In this document: positions 54,053 to 64,000 of the stretch, one piece after another | Layout of the letters: each line of letters starts with the position of its first letter | How positions within the stretch are numbered: position 1 is the first letter of the stretch | Assembly: GCA_021613535.1 (NCBI GenBank) | Contig: CP075496.1 | Span: 6,200,001 to 6,264,000 of the forward strand | DNA length: 64,000 nucleotides | Reading direction: 5' to 3' | Origin: Adineta vaga | Taxonomy: Eukaryota; Animalia; Rotifera | Made by a program: the position numbers and the translations under genes | Notes under the pieces: model-generated | What the model saw: the letters and a program-made list of their open reading frames with translations, nothing else | Database searches by the model: none | What the model was told of the DNA's origin: nothing

Positions 54053-54970
54053 CTCATTCCTAAGTTCGAATATTAATATATGCTTTTGCCTTCACGAAAT
54101 AAAAAAATTTTCTGTCAAGTGAAATCACATTTTGTTTGAAAGTTTTAGAAGTATTCTTCAAGTTATCGAAAAGTTTTTAGAAACCTTCCAAAACCCTTTT
54201 TTCACAAATTTTTGAAAAAAACCCTAAAAAAATGTGTTAAGTTTTTAATAAAATTTGAATATCTTGAAAAATTTCTAAAAATTCCCTAACAATGCTTGGA
54301 TATTTTAAAACTTTTTCGTAAAATTTTCAAAAAGCTATTGTTATTGTTAGCATTTTTCGGCTCTCAAAGTTGCTAGCGTTTGTGATAATAAAGCACTCAA
54401 CACTAAACTAGAGATTAAGTTGGCTCTCCTACACTCTAGAAAAAAGGTACTTTACTGTACTTTATAGGTTTCGTATAGTCTTCCTAATAAACTTCGGAAG
54501 GGTTCTTTATGTGTCGAACCAAACCACTGATGGTAACGCATCATTCATACGGAACTACTGAAAATTCAGAACGCGCTCTAAAGGTCCCGCCGAGTTTATA
54601 CTGAATCGTGCATTGTTCCGTAAACATCCCAAAGGCTCTGTGTCATATCTACGAAATCAGGATGAGTTCGTCAAACAGCTCTAAGGGTTCAGTATAATAT
54701 CTAAGAAACCCGTGGTAGTTCAGTACACAGCACTGCAGTTTCGCACACACTCTACGAAACTAGGAGAGTTTTCGCCAAACTGTTGCTAGCTTCATACATT
54801 GCCCAAAAGTTTGAGAAAATTTACGCGCAACTATGATGGCTTCTATATGCTTGTAACTATGATTCAGCATAGCTTTAACGAGACGATAATTCACTTCATA
54901 GAATGGGAGAGGCTTGAGAGAATTTTTTCAACCTATCAATTCTTTCATGCAACGGTTCAAGGTTTCGTAG

Positions 54971-57745
54971 ACGTAGGCTATCTCAGACTAGGATTCGAAT
55001 TTTTTCTAAATGAATTCGCCTGTAGGTTAGATCAACTTCACACCAAGATGCAACACGACGAGCTCTATCGAATGAACACCTTTTTAGTTCAATTCGGATA
55101 AGTTCTAGTAGTAAAAATCGCTAAATGCACCAGTTTTTACTAGTAAATCTTACTAAAACCTGTATGGATTCGCTCATACGTTAGATCAAACGCTGAAACT
55201 TCATACATCGATAGAGCTCGAGTTGCTCTATCGATTGAATATCTTGGATGCTATCTTTAAACGTACTATAGCGGTAAAAATTACTAAATAGTAACTCATT
55301 ACTAATGAATTTACTATATCCAAAAAATATTGACTTAAGGTTAGATCAGATTAGATCAGTGTTGGACCAAGATAGAACTCAATGAGATCTATCGATTGAG
55401 TAACTTAGTTGTTATATTCCAGTAAGTAAAGATAGTATAATTTACTAATTACTGAATTTTCCACTAGTGCAATTTTTAAATTACTTTTTTAATGTACGGA
55501 AAGATGAGACTTCACTAGACGAAGAGTGGACCATTATACAATTCGATAATTTCTTTTGAGAGAATGCCTTTTCGGTTTCATCTGTATATATAATTTATTG
55601 AAAATGAGTTACAGCTCTTATGCTGAAGGAACGCTGTGTACGATTAATGAAAAAGCACTCTTTACAATAATTTTCTGCACGTTGAAAGCGATTCTTTTTG
55701 TTTCTTAATGCTTTATCATTATAATATATTGACTTCAATCCAATTGCGCTTCGGTATCGATTTGATTTGGAAAAGTAGATATAAATTTGTTTCATAAACC
55801 GTCTTCTTATGATGGTGAATATGTGTCAAAATTGATCAATAAACATTTAAATGAAATTCTAGTGCAGTATCATCCAAATAAAATTTTGAAAGACGCACAA
55901 TCGACAATCCATTTTATTGATAAGCGACTTTATTATGAAAAGAATGAAGAAAAGCAATTAGTTACAGCTTCTGCTACCAATATTGCTGATATTAATTCGC
56001 CCATTCCGCATTTTTTATCCAACAACATTAGAAGTTCTTCGGAATCAAATAGCCTATAACAAAAAAAGTTTTGATTGTTTATCTCAAGCCGATTTAAAAT
56101 TTTCCTTATCAACAATATTTTCAAAAGTTGATCATACATGTACAAGTGAAAATTTGAAAGAATCATCGTCTATATTTCTTCAATCAGTTATCGCACAATC
56201 TTTATTTGTTTTACGTCAATGTTCGTTAAATGTTCGAAGTTCATTATATTCTCGACTATATAGCTATATCTACATTATTTCTACGAGTTCCATCTGACAT
56301 AAAGACAAAGTTCTTAGTTTATCGTTTAATTCCAATACCCATTGTTTTTAATGGGAATGAATATATTTATTCGAACCTTCCAAAAATAGTTGGAATTAAT
56401 CCACTAGAACAATCGTTAAGTACATGGAATGATGAAAGTGATATCAAACAATGTATATTCTCGCCTATCATTCAATGTGAAAAAAAGCCTATGTCGGTGT
56501 CAATATCGAAATCATTATGTCTATCTCAATTATTAGACGATAACCAATCAGTCACCAATATGTGCAAAATTAGCAGATCACAACATATGGATCAAGATGT
56601 AATTCATATCGACAACGGTATTTGGTTATTTGTTAACATTTATCAAACTGAATATTGTCAGGTTTCTTCAACTTCAAAAGAATTTAGTGAACCATTGTCA
56701 ATATCAGAAACAGCACTCATAAATCTGTCGTGTGACAAGACAATCACTTGCGCGAATGTTCAATTATCGTCATCATCTTGTACACAACGTCATCCGATTG
56801 TTGTTAAATCAAATATAGAATCAAAATTTCGACATCTATCAAATGTGGTCGTATCATTAAGGAACATGACCAACACACTAATATCATCTTATCAGAAACA
56901 ATCACAACAGTCTATTAATGAATTATCAACAATTCTTGCTTCGAAGCAATTATTGACAATTCACGATATAATATTATATATTATAGTTCTATTAGTAACT
57001 ATTATCTGCTCTATACTTTTGTATATATGGAGATATTTTCTAAGCAAAGTACGCAGGCCTGTACGTCGCTTAAGCACTGTTCTAGATGACATTTTTACTG
57101 TATAATTGTATATATCTAGTTTTTCTGTACTTGATTTTTTTCTAGTAAATGTTAATATTCAATATTCATGTTTTGTTATGTAATACTATCAATGAATAGA
57201 AACATTTCTAAAAAATCAGTGCGTATACTTCGTTTTCCCTGCTATTATTCTGTCTTAAATTGATTTACAACAGTCTTTGCTGATTATAACTAATTTCAAC
57301 ATAGCATCCATGGTACTCAATCGATAGATCTCATCGAGTTCTATCTTGGTCCAACACTGATCTAATCTGATCTAACCTTAAGTCAATATTTTTTGGATAT
57401 AGTAAATTCATTAGTAACGAGTTACTATTTAGTAATTTTTACCACTATAGTACGTTTAAAGATAGCATCCAAGATATTCAATCGATAGAGCAACTCGAGC
57501 TCTATCGATGTATGAAGTTTCAGCGTTTGATCTACCGTATGAGCGAATCCATACAGGTTTTAGTAAGATTTACTAGTAAAAACTGGTGCATTTAGCGATT
57601 TTTACTACTAGAACTTATCCGAATTGAACTAAAAAGGTGTTCATTCGATAGAGCTCGTCGAGTTGCATCTTAGTGTAAAGTTGATCTAACCTACAGGCGA
57701 ATTCATTTAGAAAAAATTCGAATCCTAGTCTGAGATACCCTACGT
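54971..57745. mobile_element. Non-autonomous Mutator-like (Pack-MULE-like) element with 432-bp TIRs and 9-bp TSD, carrying an env-like cargo
   Basis: TIRs 54971-55402 and 57314-57745 (ACGTAGG...CCTACGT) with about 8 mismatches by eye. Direct repeat GTTTCGTAG at 54962-54970 and 57746-57754. No transposase ORF inside. Confidence 0.9.
55604..57105 (+). pseudogene. Envelope/class I fusion glycoprotein-like gene; 3' 291 codons intact (56230-57105), 5' part broken by stops and frameshifts
   Basis: LRVP...FLVYRLIPIP, multi-Cys ectodomain (QCIF..IQCE, CLSQLL, MCKIS, NGIWLF, YCQV, LSCDKTITC), pre-TM helical segment, TM and basic tail. This resembles retrotransposon env / baculovirus F / paramyxovirus F C-terminal halves. 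Overlapping ORFs 55787-56059 and 55983-56297 lie in shifted frames. Confidence 0.7.
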
Positions 57746-58459
57746 GTTTCGTAGAATATTTTGAAATATATGAACATATCCGTATACTTTAAGGTGGATT
57801 CCGTGTAAGTTGTACACAACGGTTAATGGCATCGCAAAGATTGTTAGAGCTCAGCGAACTTTCTACGGAACCATTGACAGATGTCACTAGTTGGTTTAAC
57901 AAACACAGAGGACTCAGTGAAAGATATTTCTATACATACCGGCCGATGTCCACTTTTCAATAGACCGGTTAGGTAAAGAAGTAAGTGATGATATGTTATA
58001 AAGTACATCCTATCTTCTTGACTGTTTAGAATCAATCTCAATGGATTTAGTGAAATGACCCACACCCACCCTCAAGATCATCATTATCTTACGGATTTTT
58101 ATTCACCTCAAAAAGTATTAAAATTTGATTTATATAGTAGTAATTGTTTTTTAAATATATCAGCAGTCAACGAAAAGCGACCTCTGTATAAACGCTCCGG
58201 TTTCTTGTGTATTCACAATGATGGATATGTCAATGTGTAGAATTTCGGTTTCATGAAAAATAATATTGTCCGAAAAAAATTTATCTATTATTCATAAGAA
58301 TGAATTTAAAGACAAACGTTATTTTTTTGTCACCGAAATTCAGAATAAAAACACGTTTTTACGATTTTTGCTGTTTTTTTTCTCTTCTTCCGTTCTTTCT
58401 TCACATACCATTGACATTATCTCAAAACATTTTTCTTCCTACCAAACCAAACACTAACA

Positions 58460-60250
58460 ATGGCTGACAGTGGTGAAAAGCGTGAAGAACCTTGGAAGTA
58501 AGTTTTCAAGTCTATACGGTATCTCTGTTCAAACTTCTTTCACATTATACATGAATTATATGTTTTGTCGAAGGAAAAGAAAATAATCTTTCGTTAAATA
58601 TTCAAGATTCATTTTATTTACAGAAAGTAAACTTGATTGTAAACATTTTTTGTCTACACAATGACAACGAATGACATTGAACATTCCGTCAAGAATAATG
58701 TACACTTTATGAATGAAAACTTTGTTTCGATTGTGTGATAGACTTATTTATTTTATGATATTTCTTCTATAGTCAACCTGCAGATGATCCACAATCATCT
58801 GTCAATGACAGTGAAACAACAAAAGCTGATGATAAACATGTCCAATCAGAAGATACTAGAAATACATCATCTAACAATAATACAGAAAAATCACATACTG
58901 ATGATGCAAATAAATCGTCAGAAATGGAAAAGCCACAATCTTACGATTCTGATGACTTTGAAAATTCGGATGATAATAAGATATCGTATAGTGACAATGA
59001 AAGTGATTTAATTGAATCGATATTGAAGAAAGAAACAGGTTCAAATGCCAACCTACTTAATCATCTTCTGGGTTGTGCTTATGGACAAGCGCTTGGTGAT
59101 GCTTATGGTTTATCAACTGAATTTGAAGATCGTGATATAGTAAATCAAAATTATCCAAATCGTTCGGAATTAATTCCATTTCCGGATTATATCTTAACTT
59201 ATCATAACAGACGATGGAAACGGGGTGATTGGACTGATGATACAGATCAATGGATTTTGATTTTTGAAACATTGACGGAATCCGAGGGTGATGTGACCCT
59301 CTTTGCTAAAAAACTAACAAATTGGATAAAAAGAGGTTTTTCAATTTTGGGTGATCATGGAGGAATGGGATTAGGAGCTAACGTATCACAGGTAATTTTT
59401 CTGAAATAGAGAATAGAAATATAGGATAGATAAAGTCGAAATCTATATAAATTGATAAATCAGAACAGAATAAAAAGATGCCGTAGTTTAGAAAATTTTA
59501 TTTTTCATTTTAGGTTGTGCATTCTAACGGATACCTTCAGGATCCTCTCGCCGCTAGTGAAGCTGTATGGGAACGTAGTGGTCGACAAGCAGCACCCAAT
59601 GGAGCTGTTATGAGATGTTCAGCAGTCGCTTTTGTGCATTTTAATGATTTAGAAAAGGTAAAAACATATTGCAGACTTCTTATATACTAATATCTTTTCA
59701 ATAGTTGAAAACAACTACGGAATTAATGTGTAAAACAACTCATTTTGATCCTCGATGTATTGCTTCTTGTCTAGCGGTTTGCTTGACTATTGCATATCTA
59801 TTACGTAACGAAGGAGGTGATGATATTGAAGCTTTAATAAAACGTGTTCAAGATGAAACTATAGACATTCTTGGTAATAGTTTTTCAAAAGAAGATCGTG
59901 ATTCATTCTTATGGCATACAGATGAAGCACGTACTCTTGACGATCTAAATCTTGATGAATCAAGAAGTATCGGTTATACATATAAGTGTTTAGGATCAGG
60001 TTTTTACGGGTTAAGATCGACTCGTTCATTTGCGGAAACTCTCAATGATCTTATTCGATATGGTGGTGATGCCGATACGAATGGAGCAGTCTGTGGAACA
60101 ATGTATGGCGCAAGACATGGTTATAAAGCATTACCACATGATTGGTTACGTGCTACACCTTTTAAAAAATGGTTCGATAAAAAGATAATCGAATATTTAA
60201 AGCAAATGAAAATAATTCCTCATTCTAAAATTGCGAACATAGACGAGTAA
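58460..60250 (+). CDS. ADP-ribosylglycohydrolase (ARH/DraG family) with acidic disordered N-terminus, four exons
   Basis: GCAYGQALGDAYG, GDWTDDTDQ, AAPNGAVMR, THFDPRC, GGDADTNGAVCG. Confidence 0.9.
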
Positions 60251-61482
60251 TATGAAATAGAACTTTTCCTTTTCTATTATTCTTCTTGATTTATTATATC
60301 TTCTAAGACAAGAGTATTTTCAAATAAAAAGATAACCGAATTTTTCAGCTAAGGTTCTTTTGATATTTGGAAATCATAGACACAAAGTATATAGTTTAAT
60401 TTCATTGGCTATACTTTTGCACTTACACACAATGGATATGTATGCAAAGAGCAAGAAATACAATCCCGTTTATTTATGAAACTAAATATCTAAATTATCA
60501 CAAACTCTATTAATAGATCGATAACTTTCCTATTCAAATTTCATCTGTGTGGGTATGCGTGTGGGTATGAATTAATAGAATACCCACACAAATACTCTGT
60601 AAAGGCATTATTTATATAGTTCATAGAATTGGAATTAAATATCAATCTGAAATATCGAAATTTTTAAAAAGCATACTACTAATTAGTATTTGATCATTTC
60701 ATTCTTTATTGAGTTTATTCACTTACCTTTCCCTTAATTTCTTCATAGTTGCACGGATGTCTTTTTCTATAAGAAATTGTTTTTCTAAGAATTTTATATA
60801 AATTCACTTGACTTCTTCTGATATTCAATATTCTAATGATTTTAAGTCAGTGAATTTCATTATTCTCTTATACTATATATACATAGTTAAATCATATGAA
60901 TCAGTAATGTGTTCTTTAAATGCCTTCTAATTGACTGTACATAGCTAAGAAATACACATTCATTTTAATTTTAATCTAAACAGATGATAATAACAAAGGT
61001 AAAGACAGCAGACAAGTTCACAAACATACACATCGTCGTTTTTCTCTTTTTCTTTTCTCTTGTTATTACGAATTGTATTGATTTCTGTTGTATGAATAAT
61101 ACTATTTGAAAATGCGACCTTACTAATACAACTCAGCGGAAATGATTGTTGTGTCTTATATCTATATGTACTATACTTAAGTCATGTTTAAACTCAATAA
61201 CGTTCGATAAATACCTATCTGAACAATGTAATATTGATTTAATTGTATAAACACATGGAGAACTTTTTTCTTTCTTCACTAATGATTGAAAGTATCTTAT
61301 CTATTACTCTTTTTCTTTCTTACATAATCGTAAATATTTGGTTACAATTTAGATTAATATTTATCTAATCGTATACAAACATTTTTTTATCGATCTTAAC
61401 TAACAATATAATGAGTTAGTGAATAACTTTATATCTCCTACATTAGCAATTGATTTCATTTTCTTTACTCAATAGAAAAGAC

Positions 61483-63703
61483 ATGTTTTTCATTACTTTC
61501 TTAATATTTGTTTCATTCAGTAATATTGCTGAGTGTCAATTTTGGAATACATCTGATGGTATTCTTCCATGGGAATCTTATTTACAATTAGGGCATATAC
61601 AACGACCATTAGGTTTAACACTTAATCGTTCTTCATTAGCTCATCATCATTTTTCTGTTGGATATCTATGTCTTCAATCATTTATGTATGATGAAGCACA
61701 AGATGCTTTCAATCTTGCAATCAATGTTACTCCTACATTTATCGAAGCACATATTGGTAAAATGCTCTCGTAAGTGATCCAATTAAATATTGTATTTGAT
61801 CACACTATGATCTCTATTTTTGCTTTTATTATTAGATGTAAACATGCATTATGGGCAGATACTGATTTTGAATGTGGCTTAGAAGCTTATAATACAACTC
61901 AAACAATGTTGAAAACGTCAAATATCACACTTTCACCACTACAATCAGCGCTCATTACAACAGTTTATCAATGGTATGCAAATGAATCATCTGTTACAGC
62001 AGGTGAATTATCATTTTTATCATCGATTGAACAATTATCGAAAGTATATCCAAATGAAACTGATATTCAAGTTTTACATGGTCTATCTCTTTTAAATATC
62101 GCTTATCAAAATGAATTTGAAGGTCAAATTGAACCTAAACCAATGCTTGAAGCAAGAAAAATATTAAAATCTGCTCTAAAAAATGAACCAACTCATCCAG
62201 GTGCTCTTCATTATTTAATCCATGCGTTTGATGTCGATCATGTCACAACAGCAGAAAAAGCTGCTGAATTTGCTACCATATACAATAAAACGGTTCTATC
62301 TCTCTCGCATGCACAACATATGCCTGCTCATATTTGGATGCGTACTGGTAAGTTTAGTATAAGACTTTTTATCAATAATTCATATACATTTAGGTGCATG
62401 GCTTCTCGCTATATCTGCTGATCGATCAGCTGTTGAAGTAAGTTTAGGATTATGTGCCACTAAAATATTCCATCGACATATATCCATTTCATCACCTGAT
62501 TTAACATCTATCTTGAAACAATTTAATTCATCAAGTCAAGTTCTATCTTTTCTTCAATGTGATGCAGAGAATCGTGCTCATTCTACAGAATGGCTCTCTT
62601 ATTCTCGTTTACAAGCTGGTGATTGGTTAGGTAGTGTTGCCTTAATTCGAGATCTATTTCTTGCTGAAAATCAATCACTTTCAACACCACATCATTATTT
62701 ACCTTTTGCTTATCGAGCACAAGCACGTTCCATAGTTGATATTTTCTTTTGGTTTCCATATCGGAGAGAATTTCTCGACAAGATACAATCTTTATTAGTA
62801 TTCAACAAAGAACAACCGCTAGTTTTATTTGGTGATAATGCAACGGGCTGGTATCCAATATGGAGTGAAGCAGGATATCGTTTCAGTAGGAAATTTGTTT
62901 TTCTCTTCTCTTCTATTTTATATTTATATCATTCGTATTTAGTTGAATGTCTTCAATTATTAACTAATTTCCATTTAAATAATAATAAATCACAAGTATT
63001 CATAACGATAGACAATCATCTTGAACGCTTCATTATTTTATCCAATCGAACTAGACATTTTAGCAAATATATAGCAAATAATATTTTTTTGATGGCACCA
63101 CAAATTCTTGCGATGCGTTATTATGTTAATGGATTATGGCAAGAATGTTTAAATGAATTATATACAGCTACTCAATTAGAATCAACAGCAGTATCAAATG
63201 GAAATAATCCTACTCTAATCTTTGCACGTTCATCCGAATTATTAGCCATGCATTTATTACTAATGTATGAAACATACCAAGAAGATACGGTAAATTGATA
63301 TTTCTAACGATCTAAATTATGACATGTGATTATTTTATAGAAATGGAATAATTCTTCTGTATATAAGTTAAATGGTTCTGAAATATCATTAGATAAATTT
63401 CCGTCAATGGCTTTAGATTTTTATCAAAAAGAAGATCAAATTGCACCTAATCGAGCGATTAATACACTTGGCATGGCTCGATTAAATGTTCATCTCAATC
63501 ACGAAAATATAGCAACTAGTTTATATCAACAACTTGTTTTTCAAATGACTTCAGCTAATTATAGTGATGAGAATTTTCTTCGAGAAGCAAATCAATATCT
63601 TGAACAACATAATTCAATGATAAAATGTACTTTTTCAATTATTCTAATCATTTTTTCACTATTATCTTCTATTTTGCATTCAACTTTAAATAAAATTTCT
63701 TAA
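61483..63703 (+). CDS. Secreted or membrane-anchored TPR-like protein of a mainly bacterial/fungal family, multi-exon; horizontal transfer candidate
   Basis: Signal peptide, HFSVGYLCLQSFMYDEAQDAF, PTHPGALHYLIHAFD, HAQHMPAHIWMRTG, HSTEWLSY, APNRAINTLG; hydrophobic C-terminus. Confidence 0.75.
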
Positions 63704-64000
63704 ACTCGCGCAATCAACCATTGTACCTGTAATACAATCGATTTTAGATTTTGATAAAAAGAATAATGAAACAAAACGTATCTATACAATCTGTTGAAAT
63801 CTAATGTTCTGATGTATTCAACCTTAGCCCATAGAGAAAAAGTATTGTTTAGAAATAAACGTCAAGACAATACAATACAAAGAATACTCACCTTGAGTAA
63901 CTATTGATGCGTGAATGACTGCTCAAATCCTATTCATCTATTTTGATTTCAACTAAAATATTAGGAGTCTTTGTCATTATTTTATATTTTCGACGCATTA

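Larger units (their letters stand above)
54432..58024. mobile_element. Possible older CACTA-like non-autonomous element interrupted by the MULE-like insertion
   Basis: Left end CACTCTAGAAAAAAGGTACTTT versus reverse complement of the right end CAGTCAAGAAGATAGGATGTACTTT. The GC-richer non-coding sequence continues on both sides of the insertion. Confidence 0.35.

Noticed and set aside
54799-55101. 100-aa ORF as a possible transposase fragment
   Set aside because: It crosses the TSD/TIR junction and has no DDE or zinc-finger motif.
8127-62942. Stop-free in-frame introns (8127-8195, 12256-12312, 31386-31463, 62886-62942) suggesting regulated intron retention
   Set aside because: A few such cases are expected by chance among dozens of short introns.
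1-64000. CRISPR arrays, rRNA or tRNA genes
   Set aside because: No repeat-spacer periodicity or recognisable structural RNA seen; the sequence is eukaryotic.

Overview
AT-rich eukaryotic genomic DNA with dense multi-exon genes and short (about 50-80 nt) GT-AG introns. This architecture, an intronless GPCR and several bacterial-looking genes suggest a bdelloid rotifer (inference). Positions 1-48.5 kb hold mostly conserved metazoan genes: syndecan, an LRR membrane protein, TMEM198, MEKK2/3, CFAP100, Rab GDI, xylosyltransferase, a Dop1R2-like amine GPCR, PXMP4, MGST1, a PRDM7/9-like SET protein, SERAC1 and SLC35C1. They also hold one bacterial-type metallo-beta-lactamase-fold gene. Positions 48.5-64 kb form an accessory zone with a 1.4-kb foldback element, an intronless GPCR, an ADP-ribosylglycohydrolase and a bacterial-type TPR protein. 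The most striking feature is a 2.8-kb non-autonomous DNA element (54971-57745) with 432-bp terminal inverted repeats and a perfect 9-bp target-site duplication. Its only cargo is a viral envelope (class I fusion glycoprotein)-like gene. Other oddities are two convergent genes with overlapping stop codons and a 7-nt microexon in the PR/SET core. Exon boundaries were read by eye and homologies are recognised from motifs, not from database searches.
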